DNA from: a virus | Taxonomy: Duplodnaviria > Caudoviricetes | Virus record (IMG/VR): IMGVR_UViG_3300028888_000119 | Location: 8,732 to 72,731 of that record | Length of the DNA: 64,000 bases | Strand: one strand, 5' to 3' | Shown: positions 34,418-42,549 of the stretch, in pieces | Numbering within the stretch: the first letter of the stretch is position 1 | Layout of the letters: the number at the start of each line of letters is the position of its first letter | Position numbers and translations under genes: made by a program | Notes under the pieces: model-generated | The model's input: the letters and a program-made list of their open reading frames with translations, nothing else | What the model was told of the DNA's origin: nothing | The model's database searches: none

Positions 34418-34650
34418 AAGTACCAGATAAACTATTCTTACATCCAAACTATAGGGGCGAGGTCGGCGCAAGTTGGCTTACCTTTCCTTTGACCGAAAAA
34501 GATGAGTGCTACATCCGCAAGGACACCCTGCTGGAGTGGGCGAAAGATGTAAAGGCTACACTCGAAAATCAGAACGTCATAAAAGGTGATATTCGTAAAG
34601 GTGCAGTATGGGAACTTAAAGAAATAATTGCAAAAATTGAATCGCTATGA
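34414..34650 (+). CDS. hypothetical protein (MKxPxKxxLH...YIRKD family)
   Basis: MKVPDKLFLH...YIRKDTLLEWAK. Confidence 0.65.
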   Translation: MKVPDKLFLHPNYRGEVGASWLTFPLTEKDECYIRKDTLLEWAKDVKATLENQNVIKGDIRKGAVWELKEIIAKIESL

Positions 34651-35129
34651 CAAAGGAAGAAATCATTTCTGCATTTAAGTTCATTGAGAGTAAATGCGAT
34701 AAAATCATCAATAACAAAAACTATGTTGCCGACGATTTTGTTCAGGATACAGTCGAAGATATCAGCGAGATGTGCAACAGGATTCTTGACGGACAGTTTG
34801 GTGAAATCTTGGAAACCAAACCAGATATATCTTCCAATCTTGACGAAGCAGCGATAAAGTATGGGCACGAGGAACCAATTCTCCCAGAGGGTTATAATGA
34901 TGGAGATATTCCACTTTACGAAAGATGGACAGCAGATGCCTTCAAAGCCGGAGCAGAATGGATGGCGGGACAGGGAGCATCGTTCAAAGTAAATGTTGAA
35001 GAGGTGCCACAGGATCATTGGTATGCTGGTCTTCATCTTGGTAGCTGTGCAGAGGAAGAAGAGAGTGCTTTGAAAAGTATTAGTGCAAAAGATGGAGAAG
35101 AAGTAATAGTTCAAATTAGGAAAAAATAG
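34647..35129 (+). CDS. mosaic phage protein
   Basis: SNLDEAAIKY...FKAGAEWMAGQG...GEEVIVQIRKK. Confidence 0.7.
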   Translation: MTKEEIISAFKFIESKCDKIINNKNYVADDFVQDTVEDISEMCNRILDGQFGEILETKPDISSNLDEAAIKYGHEEPILPEGYNDGDIPLYERWTADAFKAGAEWMAGQGASFKVNVEEVPQDHWYAGLHLGSCAEEEESALKSISAKDGEEVIVQIRKK

Positions 35130-35131
35130 TT

Positions 35132-35284
35132 ATGAAGCAAGAAGAAAAAGATCGTAAAAAAGCCGACATTATAATGGAGCATACTGGTATTGATGATGTT
35201 TACAAGCCAGTAATGAATATAACAGTACTTGAACTTTATGACTTGATAAAATTGGCTGTTAACAGGAAACAACAGGATTACTAA
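35132..35284 (+). CDS. small hypothetical protein (50 aa)
   Basis: Translated by hand; fills the gap between flanking genes. Confidence 0.45.
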   Translation: MKQEEKDRKKADIIMEHTGIDDVYKPVMNITVLELYDLIKLAVNRKQQDY

Positions 35285-35286
35285 TT

Positions 35287-35667
35287 ATGACACAAGAAGA
35301 AAAGCAACTGTTACTTAAAGACCTTAGTACAAGATTACCATATGAAGTTAAACTTGATAATGGTCTTAAATTACGTTCCATAGATGCACTTACACAAATT
35401 GTTAGCTGTTCTGGTTCAGATAGAAAAGTTGATTATGTTAAACCATATCTCCGTCCAATGTCAAGTATGACTGAGGAGGAAAAGGAAGAACTTAGGCAAC
35501 AGTTCTGTTATGAATGGGAAGAAAACATTACAGAACTAATGTACTATTCCATTGAAATAGGAGATGCTGATTGTTTTATTGATTGGCTTAATGCTCATTA
35601 CTTTGACTATCGTGGTTTGATAGAGAAAGGTCTTGCTCTTGAAGCACCGAAGGACATGTATAAATAA
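35287..35667 (+). CDS. hypothetical phage protein
   Basis: EEKQLLLKDLSTRLPY...KPYLRPMSSMTEEE...DWLNAHYFDYRGLIEKGLALEAP. Confidence 0.75.
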   Translation: MTQEEKQLLLKDLSTRLPYEVKLDNGLKLRSIDALTQIVSCSGSDRKVDYVKPYLRPMSSMTEEEKEELRQQFCYEWEENITELMYYSIEIGDADCFIDWLNAHYFDYRGLIEKGLALEAPKDMYK

Positions 35668-35668
35668 A

Positions 35669-35935
35669 ATGATTATGGATAAAGAAAAGGCAAAAGAATT
35701 CATATTTTTTGAACCTCTCGAAGAGATAATTTACATTTCAAAGGATGTCTATAAATTGATTGAACTCAATGAGGGCTCTCTTGCAAACATTTATGCAGTT
35801 GTAGATACTGAAAGTGGTGAAAAAATGTTTGAAATGGATTTTGCCTATTCAGGAGAACCAATCATTATGAGGGTGTTCTTACATAAGGAATTTTTTATGA
35901 AGCATTACTGGAACCGAAAGAAGATTGAATTATGA
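35669..35935 (+). CDS. hypothetical protein
   Basis: Start trimmed to 35669. Confidence 0.55.
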   Translation: MIMDKEKAKEFIFFEPLEEIIYISKDVYKLIELNEGSLANIYAVVDTESGEKMFEMDFAYSGEPIIMRVFLHKEFFMKHYWNRKKIEL

Positions 35936-36318
35936 TTGCCGAAGACTACGTATCATTTGAAACGGCTAAACTCCTTAAAGAAAAGGGGTTTGATTGGGAA
36001 GTGCATAGAAGCTATCTTGTAAATGACAATGTGTTTATTCCAGGAGACATTAACGATGTTCCATTGAGAAAAGATGCAATTCGAATTCCAACACTCCAAA
36101 TGGCAATGAAATGGTTGAGAGAAAACTTTAATATGAACCCGGTTCCTTATGCTCTATCCATTGGATGGGCGTTCGATGTCTTCGATTTGTCGGACAGAGA
36201 TATTACCGGCTGCAAGAAGCTCTATTCTATGGATTTTCCTACAAAGAACGCTTGCTTTGAAACTTATGAACAAGCCTGTGAATCGGCCATTAAGTATTGT
36301 TTAGAAAATTTAATTTAG
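35932..36318 (+). CDS. hypothetical phage protein
   Basis: EDYVSFETAKLLKEKGFD...PTLQMAMKWLRE...TYEQACESAIKYCLENLI. Confidence 0.75.
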   Translation: MIAEDYVSFETAKLLKEKGFDWEVHRSYLVNDNVFIPGDINDVPLRKDAIRIPTLQMAMKWLRENFNMNPVPYALSIGWAFDVFDLSDRDITGCKKLYSMDFPTKNACFETYEQACESAIKYCLENLI

Positions 36319-36320
36319 AT

Positions 36321-36755
36321 ATGAAAAAGTACATCCTCGAACTAACTGAGAAGCAAGCAAGGGTTCTTTCATGGGCTTTAGACACTTTCCCAAGGCTGAT
36401 TCAAGGACAATCTTTCGCGTATCAAGACCTCTTTGAAACTGCTTGGGAAAAGAGATGTAAGAAAGCCACCGGAAATATGATGGATGAGGAGTTTGAAGGT
36501 GGCTGGTGGAAAATGCGAGAAGATGCAGAGGCTTTATGCAAGGAAATCAAGAGAAGATTCTGGAAACTGCCATATATTTCAGAAAACGGTCTGCACTACG
36601 ATGATACCGCAGATATTCTGTGGGACATTCATCAGGTAATTCGCCATGAGCTTTGGAAAAACAATCCAGAACATACACCACTTACAGTAGATGCTTCCCC
36701 AGCTATGCAGGTAGGAAGTGAGCCATTGGCGAAGATACACACAAAGGAGGATTGA
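36321..36755 (+). CDS. hypothetical protein
   Basis: Start trimmed to MKKYILELTEKQ; ADILWDIHQVIRHELW. Confidence 0.65.
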   Translation: MKKYILELTEKQARVLSWALDTFPRLIQGQSFAYQDLFETAWEKRCKKATGNMMDEEFEGGWWKMREDAEALCKEIKRRFWKLPYISENGLHYDDTADILWDIHQVIRHELWKNNPEHTPLTVDASPAMQVGSEPLAKIHTKED

Positions 36756-36757
36756 CT

Positions 36758-36916
36758 ATGAATACAAAACAGGCTATTGCAATACTTAAACAGCAAAGGG
36801 ACTTCTGGTCTTATGATCTTCCAGATGGTATTGACAAACAAACACCCGCAGTTCTTCGGAGAGACCTTGTTGACGCAATGGATTTAGCAATTAGCATTAT
36901 GAAAAAGGAGGGCTGA
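36758..36916 (+). CDS. small hypothetical protein (52 aa)
   Basis: Translated by hand; AAAGGAGG 7 nt upstream. Confidence 0.5.
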   Translation: MNTKQAIAILKQQRDFWSYDLPDGIDKQTPAVLRRDLVDAMDLAISIMKKEG

Positions 36917-36918
36917 TA

Positions 36919-37173
36919 ATGTATTGCTATTTGAAAAGCGGTGTCCGAAATGTACCTCACATGGTAGAGATACCGGACGGGACAAAGGAGATTGCCGGGG
37001 TAATCATCTCCGGAGATGAAATCCTTGTCTACCCTTGTTTTTGCGATCCGGAATATGTAAACAGGATATATGATTTCTTTGATGGGGCATTTTGTCGGGT
37101 GTGGAAGAACGGTGAGTGGGTTGACAAGGATGACTACATGGAAATAGGAACAATGGAGGCTGATGATGAGTAA
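36919..37173 (+). CDS. hypothetical protein
   Basis: 84 aa; AAAGGAGG 7 nt upstream. Confidence 0.6.
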   Translation: MYCYLKSGVRNVPHMVEIPDGTKEIAGVIISGDEILVYPCFCDPEYVNRIYDFFDGAFCRVWKNGEWVDKDDYMEIGTMEADDE

Positions 37174-37317
37174 TCTTCAAAATTATCCCAACGAATCAGC
37201 AGCAGAAGCCCTAATGCATGAAAAGCATACTCTGAGGGAATGGATGATACTGTGTCTGCAACATCCAGAATTAATGGAGGAATTTGATAAACTTGTAAAA
37301 CCAGAACCTATTAAATA

Positions 37318-37614
37318 ATGAAACGTGCAGAGCAAAAATCCATTGAATGGCAAATAGCACATCACCCGATGGCTATTGGTGGAGATGATTTCACTGATTT
37401 AGTTGAATACGTCAATATCAACCCAGCCTATGTTGCTGGCTATGAACAGGCTGAAAAAGATCTCGCACTGACCTGGGAGGATATCGCAAAGATAGATTCG
37501 CTTATCCTCGAAACGAATAATGAATTTGCGGTCGATTATCAAAAAGAAATCTCCAGACGGCAGTTCTACGAAGCTGTGCTACAGAAGTATCTTCATCTAA
37601 ACAACAGGGTTTAA
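37318..37614 (+). CDS. hypothetical phage protein
   Basis: AYVAGYEQAEKDLALTWEDI motif. Confidence 0.65.
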   Translation: MKRAEQKSIEWQIAHHPMAIGGDDFTDLVEYVNINPAYVAGYEQAEKDLALTWEDIAKIDSLILETNNEFAVDYQKEISRRQFYEAVLQKYLHLNNRV

Positions 37615-37651
37615 TTCGGCCATTAGTGGGATTAAGATAAATACAAATAAT

Positions 37652-38074
37652 ATGGAGAACAAGCAAGAAGACAAGTTTTTAAGGCAAGCGGATGTTGAAA
37701 CGAGCACATTGTATATAATGTCGATTGCAATGGATCTAATTATGCGTGATTGTGCATGGCGTATGTCACAAAAAAACGCATCTTGGAAACATGAAAAAAA
37801 GCAGAAATTTTCAAGGTATATTGAATCGGTGCGCCGTGCCTGCCAAATCAACGATGAAATCACCCAAGACATATACGATTCGGATAAAAAGAATAATTAC
37901 AAAAACGTGGATTTGTGGTTGAAGGACGGCAATGAATTGGCGAGACTAATTCTTTTATTCGCAGACAGATCAACTAATACTGGTGTCGTTCGAAATGTGT
38001 TTTTGGGGTTGGAGTCGTCAAATGGGGAAGGTATCATAGATGATGAACTATTGAAAAAATTCTATCTTAAATAA
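37652..38074 (+). CDS. hypothetical protein
   Basis: 140 aa; last gene of the rightward block. Confidence 0.65.
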   Translation: MENKQEDKFLRQADVETSTLYIMSIAMDLIMRDCAWRMSQKNASWKHEKKQKFSRYIESVRRACQINDEITQDIYDSDKKNNYKNVDLWLKDGNELARLILLFADRSTNTGVVRNVFLGLESSNGEGIIDDELLKKFYLK

Positions 38075-38111
38075 AAAGGTCCGACGGGAACCGCAAAACC
38101 CATCGGACCTT
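38073..38111 (-). terminator. terminator at the convergence point
   Basis: AAGGTCCGA / TCGGACCTT 9-bp stem with inner GGG/CCC; U-tract on the minus strand. Confidence 0.75.
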
Positions 38112-38132
38112 ACCGACCGAAAGAAACTTGCC

Positions 38133-38537
38133 TCAATCGTGTCGGCAATGCGGACAAGACAGCTCGCACACAATATCCGAAATCGTACTGGTGATGTCAC
38201 CAGTTAAATATGCAAATTTTTCCGACAACGGGTCAATCCCATCCTCTCCGGCGACATGCTGTGCAATATGTGTAATTTCGTGCGCGGTACTGTTCAAGAA
38301 CTCCGGCCCAGTGCTTGTCATTCCTACTCCAACCACGCTCCGCCTGAGAGAGGGGTTGCTAAAGCAGAACCCCTCGTTCAAGCGACCGGCTTGGACATTC
38401 CGTTCCACTTGGGAAATGATAGAATTCGGAGCGTCGGCCCAGACAAGGGCTTCGTGGATCCGCTCCATATCGTACTGATCGAAAGAGAACAGGAACAGAA
38501 TGGTCCAATACCGAATATGTACTTTTCGGATGAGCAT
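38133..38537 (-). CDS. HExxH zinc metallopeptidase-like protein
   Basis: STAHEITHIAQH plus downstream EKFAYLTG. Start trimmed to 38537 (TAATG coupling). Confidence 0.65.
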   Translation of the reverse strand: MLIRKVHIRYWTILFLFSFDQYDMERIHEALVWADAPNSIISQVERNVQAGRLNEGFCFSNPSLRRSVVGVGMTSTGPEFLNSTAHEITHIAQHVAGEDGIDPLSEKFAYLTGDITSTISDIVCELSCPHCRHD

Positions 38538-38941
38538 TACATGAGGTCTTCCCAAATCAAAGGGATGTCCAGCGCGAGAGTCTTTGCATAAAGCTCGTCA
38601 AACGCCCTCGTCTTGCTTCCGTCCTTATCGTCGCAATAGTCCATGACAAACTTGGCCAGGTGAGCCTCGTCCGTGATGGATGAGCCCATGTAGTCGGCCA
38701 TACCCATTGCCCAGACATATGGCACATCGTAAGCCTTGTCGTTTTTAACCGTAACGCCGTTCGCTTTCAGTTTCTCCAGGACGGCATCTTTTTCCATTGT
38801 CTTTACCTTTCCGCCATCCCTGGTCTCCATCATGCCGACAGCAAGCTCATAGAGCGGCTTGCTGATATGCCGGCCATAATAAGACATATATTCCCTCATG
38901 CCGCGAGGGACCACCTCGTATGCGTCGATTCTTTCTGCCAT
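38537..38941 (-). CDS. conserved phage protein of the Gly-rich/CCC module
   Basis: YMSYYGRHISKPLYELAVGMM...YVWAMGMADY...DYCDDKDG. Confidence 0.75.
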   Translation of the reverse strand: MAERIDAYEVVPRGMREYMSYYGRHISKPLYELAVGMMETRDGGKVKTMEKDAVLEKLKANGVTVKNDKAYDVPYVWAMGMADYMGSSITDEAHLAKFVMDYCDDKDGSKTRAFDELYAKTLALDIPLIWEDLM

Positions 38942-39022
38942 TTCTTTACTTTTTTGTGGAAAATTATTTCATTTTTACGGCCCAAAATATGTAGGGGCGA
39001 GTTTCCCCGCCCCGGAATGATT

Positions 39023-39343
39023 TTACATGAAACGTCCGCGAGAGTCCCGACGACGGCGCTCGCCCATCATCATATCATCGTAGTCCATTTCTTCGCGTTC
39101 TCCGTAGCCACCTCGTCCGCCATAGCCGCCGCGCATTCCGTAGCCGCCTCGACTGCCATAACTGGGCCAGCTCCCGTAAGAACCGCCACGACGTTCACCA
39201 TACAGGTCCGCCATCTCTTCTGCGAGTTCACAAATGCGCTCCATGCCCTCTTTGGCCATGTCCATTGCGTCCTCGAATTCTCGCATATCGGAAGACTTCC
39301 TGCCGTAGCTACCGCCTCTAAGGTTGTATACTGCGTATCCCAT
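39023..39343 (-). CDS. RGG/YG-rich low-complexity protein
   Basis: RGGSYGSWPSYGSRGGYGMRGGYGGRGGYGE and C-terminal RRRRDSRGRFM. Confidence 0.75.
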   Translation of the reverse strand: MGYAVYNLRGGSYGRKSSDMREFEDAMDMAKEGMERICELAEEMADLYGERRGGSYGSWPSYGSRGGYGMRGGYGGRGGYGEREEMDYDDMMMGERRRRDSRGRFM

Positions 39344-39345
39344 TT

Positions 39346-39855
39346 TTATTCCTCCTTTTTCTTGCCCAGCGACTTAGAGAGCATTCCCGTTAGTGCTGCG
39401 ATCTGCTCGCTCATGCCTGAAAGTTGCTCCTTTAGATTGGCTATCTCCTGCGCCTGCTCCTGCTCCTTTTTAAGTTGTGGATTTAGGTCGAAGAGAAGTT
39501 TATCGCAGGATGCAATCACATTTTTGTGCATATCTACTTGCTGGAGCGCCGTAACGCTCGCGCTTTTGATCGCATTAACTTCGTTGATAATCCCGTCTCT
39601 CGTCTCGCTGATGAGCACACCCTTGTCGGGAAACTCTGCTATCGATGAATTGAGAGGAATTCTTTCATAGGTCTCAATCTTTCCGTCTACTTCGATTGCG
39701 ATGTTTACGGCTAAATTGTTCCCTGGTACCAGCGGTTGCTGATATCCGAGGTTTGGATATTGGTTGCTCACTTGAGAAACCTTTGCGACCGCGAATCGCG
39801 GTTCGTTCTTGTAAAGAACATAAACGGGCGTTCCGGCCCTAAGTGCACTGAGCAT
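39346..39855 (-). CDS. conserved phage protein (beta N-terminus, coiled-coil C-terminus)
   Basis: MLSALRAGTPVYVLYK...LNPQLKKEQEQAQEIANLKEQ. Confidence 0.75.
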   Translation of the reverse strand: MLSALRAGTPVYVLYKNEPRFAVAKVSQVSNQYPNLGYQQPLVPGNNLAVNIAIEVDGKIETYERIPLNSSIAEFPDKGVLISETRDGIINEVNAIKSASVTALQQVDMHKNVIASCDKLLFDLNPQLKKEQEQAQEIANLKEQLSGMSEQIAALTGMLSKSLGKKKEE

Positions 39856-39881
39856 AATTTGTAATTTTGAATAATTCTAAT

Positions 39882-40214
39882 TTAGACGATTGGTGAAGTC
39901 GCCTGCAAAATTCCGTTATACCAGTCATAGAAGACTGTGATAATGCCGGTACCGGTAAGGTCTGCGGCAGTGACGGCTACGCCTCCGAATGTGGTCAGTG
40001 CCCTTGTTTGTCCGTTGAGTGTAAGCCGGACTGGCAAAGTACCTGTTGTTCCAGTAGGGATTGCGTCAGCAATGTTGATCGTCAAGTACCCGACGGGTGG
40101 AATTCTCCGGAAACCGAGAGAAAAATCCACGGACTCAGTACCGACCGTAACACTGTTTGTGCGTAGGTAAGGAATCCCAGAGGCGTTTGTAGTAATATTA
40201 ACGCATCCGAACAT
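39882..40214 (-). CDS. small beta-rich protein of the module
   Basis: 110 aa, Thr/Gly/Val-rich; IPTGTTGTLPV. Confidence 0.7.
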   Translation of the reverse strand: MFGCVNITTNASGIPYLRTNSVTVGTESVDFSLGFRRIPPVGYLTINIADAIPTGTTGTLPVRLTLNGQTRALTTFGGVAVTAADLTGTGIITVFYDWYNGILQATSPIV

Positions 40215-40226
40215 AACCTTGCCCTC

Positions 40227-41162
40227 CTAGAATACTACACCGTTACCGAATCCGCCCCAGCCCGGGCCATAGTAACCGCCGCCGAAGCCGCCCTGGTAAT
40301 AACCGCCGCTCACATATGGAGTAGCATTCACCGCGACAAGATTCGGGTACTGTACAGTTGCCGTAGAAGGGAGTTTGCATTTGATGTCGTCAACCTCACG
40401 TGCAAGAGGAGCGATCATGCCGGCGATTGCGTTGGTCTGGCGAGCGTTGTCAGCCTCGTTACGCAGCTGGGTAATAATGTCGCCCTGGCGGGTGATAGTC
40501 TGCTGCATGTCGCGTTTCTCGGCGGCACAGAACTGGTCAATCATCGTGGACTTGAGGTCTGCGATGGCACCGGCAAGAGTCTCGGTCTGACGGAGGGTTG
40601 CGAGCTGGTTCTCGTAGCCCTGGGAGGTGACGAGCTGCTTCATTTCGCAACAGCACGAACATAAGTTTGCAGCGAGGCTAGCGTCACCGGCCTGGATTGC
40701 GTTGATGATCTGCTGTGCGGAGAGGCCGGTCTGGCCAGTCAAAGCAGTGAGTCCGTTCTGCAGGGTTGCGAGGTTGGTCTTCACGGTATTGACATCGCTG
40801 TTGAGGGTTGTGGCCAGGAGGCGCACGTCGCTGTCAGTTCCGTCGATAGCGCGAAGGATAGTGTCGGTGTTGCCGATTGCTGTTGCCTGAGCGCCAAGGG
40901 AAGCCGCAGCAGCGCCGCCGCCATTACCCCAGCTATTCATGCCCCAGTTTCCGAATCCGACGCCGTTCCAGATGAGCCCTCCGAGGAGACCACCAAGGAT
41001 ACCGGCTCCAAAGCCAGATCCGCCGAAAAGACCACCGCCGTAAGGGTAGCCATTATTCCAGCCAAGGCCATTTCCGTTCAGAGCCAGGGCCAGAGGAATC
41101 CCACTGTTCCAACCACTCGACTGGTTGTCCGGCAGGATTATCGTTTTACTTTCATCAGCCAT
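40227..41162 (-). CDS. Gly-rich coiled-coil protein with CCC motif
   Basis: Gly/aromatic N-terminus, heptad middle, LCSCCCEMK, Gly/Tyr C-terminus. Confidence 0.8.
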   Translation of the reverse strand: MADESKTIILPDNQSSGWNSGIPLALALNGNGLGWNNGYPYGGGLFGGSGFGAGILGGLLGGLIWNGVGFGNWGMNSWGNGGGAAAASLGAQATAIGNTDTILRAIDGTDSDVRLLATTLNSDVNTVKTNLATLQNGLTALTGQTGLSAQQIINAIQAGDASLAANLCSCCCEMKQLVTSQGYENQLATLRQTETLAGAIADLKSTMIDQFCAAEKRDMQQTITRQGDIITQLRNEADNARQTNAIAGMIAPLAREVDDIKCKLPSTATVQYPNLVAVNATPYVSGGYYQGGFGGGYYGPGWGGFGNGVVF

Positions 41163-41217
41163 GATAAATAACTTTAAGGTTAAACTTATAGGTTCGATAA
41201 GCGCTTTATCGTTACCG

Positions 41218-41225
41218 CAAAGTTA
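41218..41225 (-). promoter_or_regulatory. promoter (-7 box) for the Gly-rich/CCC module
   Basis: TAACTTTG about 55 nt upstream of ATG 41162; no clear -33 box. Confidence 0.6.
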
Positions 41226-41306
41226 ATTAAAGCAAACCCGCACCGGCAGTCTGCTACAACCTTTAGTTATTTATCTGATTTTAAGGTGATTAGGTTTAAC
41301 TGGAAA

Positions 41307-41597
41307 TTATTTTTGACCTTTCTTCCTCCACTTGTCCGGAATAATTTTCGCGAAACGATGGAATGGATATAGTACTTTCCTTTGCGGCTTTGCAATAAGC
41401 TTCCTGCAAATAGTCGCCCTTACATTTGATTCTGAGACATCATAGAACTTAGCAAAGTCGTCTATCGTGCCATGCACTTCCATGTTATTTTCCAAAGCCT
41501 TTAGAGCATCATTCATTTCGCTCATCTCGCAAAGATTGTTGTCTACCTTGTACTTGTAGTATCCGAGGATTTCGGACAGTAATTTATTTCCTTCCAT
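41307..41597 (-). CDS. putative DNA-binding regulator
   Basis: TIDDFAKFYDVSESNVRATICRK helix-turn-helix-like segment, directly upstream of the module promoter. Confidence 0.55.
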   Translation of the reverse strand: MEGNKLLSEILGYYKYKVDNNLCEMSEMNDALKALENNMEVHGTIDDFAKFYDVSESNVRATICRKLIAKPQRKVLYPFHRFAKIIPDKWRKKGQK

Positions 41598-42000
41598 TTG
41601 AGAAAAATACCTTGTAAGCTGAGAATAAAAGAAGAACGGACATTATAACTGTCAAGGAATTCGTGATATAAGCTTCTGTTTGTGACAGCTCAATAATATA
41701 ATAATCAAAAAGAGATACAATAAGAGGGAATAATGGCAAAACACAAGCCATACGATGCCATTTACATAAGTGAAGGATCTTGGAATATACCAGATGCGTC
41801 ACGACTATTATCGGAGAAATATAGAATAACGTGTCGCATACTTTCATACATGACTCAGACATCGCAGAATACATGGCGAAATCCAAGATGTACAATGAGG
41901 CATAAACGAACGGAACAATTTGTACCGATAGCGTTATAGACCTAAGCGTCTTTATTAAGCGCTTGATTCTACCGATATCTAATTCTTGGCCTTCCACCAC
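41584..42000 (-). CDS. multi-pass membrane protein
   Basis: About four hydrophobic segments. Confidence 0.65.
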   Translation of the reverse strand: MVEGQELDIGRIKRLIKTLRSITLSVQIVPFVYASLYILDFAMYSAMSESCMKVCDTLFYISPIIVVTHLVYSKILHLCKWHRMACVLPLFPLIVSLFDYYIIELSQTEAYITNSLTVIMSVLLLFSAYKVFFSNGRK

Positions 42001-42157
42001 TTGTCATTTTTACATTTACAAGCACTTGTGCCTTGGTTTGGTACATCCGTTCACCACTAGGATGCTGTGTGCGCACAACTGCAACCGGCACTCTTGCAAT
42101 AAGTGTACCGGAATTACCGGATTTTTTCGGTTTAACAGTGACTTTTATTTTTCCCAT
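41969..42157 (-). CDS. small basic protein
   Basis: 62 aa, Lys/Arg-rich. Confidence 0.55.
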   Translation of the reverse strand: MGKIKVTVKPKKSGNSGTLIARVPVAVVRTQHPSGERMYQTKAQVLVNVKMTSGGRPRIRYR

Positions 42158-42549
42158 TTCCTTTTTACTCGTCCAAGTTTATCCGCCCACCTTTCCCACG
42201 GCTGGGTGTAATACCACCTGCACGATTTCTCATACGGCCAGTGCTTGTGGGCTATGGAGTCATAGATGTTGCCGCAAAGAGAGGGAAGTCCGATGACAAA
42301 TAGGTATAACGGCCCGAGATACCTGGACTGTATCGTATGGCCGTATTCGTGGCGCATTCCGTCCTCTTTGTCTTCACGATGCATGATGATGTAGTCGCCG
42401 AGCGAGATTCCGCTACGCATCTCGCTAGTGTAGTAGAAGGTTCTCCCATTAAGTCGATGATACTCCTTCTCCCTCTTGTAAATTAGAAGGAGAAGGAGAC
42501 CAAGGAGATTTTGCGGCAACTGCCATATGTAGAGTAGAACACGGAGCAT
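42145..42549 (-). CDS. membrane-associated HExxH metallopeptidase-like protein
   Basis: WQLPQNLLG, ISLGDYI, RHEYGHTIQSRYLGPLYL, PWERWAD. Confidence 0.75.
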   Translation of the reverse strand: MLRVLLYIWQLPQNLLGLLLLLIYKREKEYHRLNGRTFYYTSEMRSGISLGDYIIMHREDKEDGMRHEYGHTIQSRYLGPLYLFVIGLPSLCGNIYDSIAHKHWPYEKSCRWYYTQPWERWADKLGRVKRKWEK

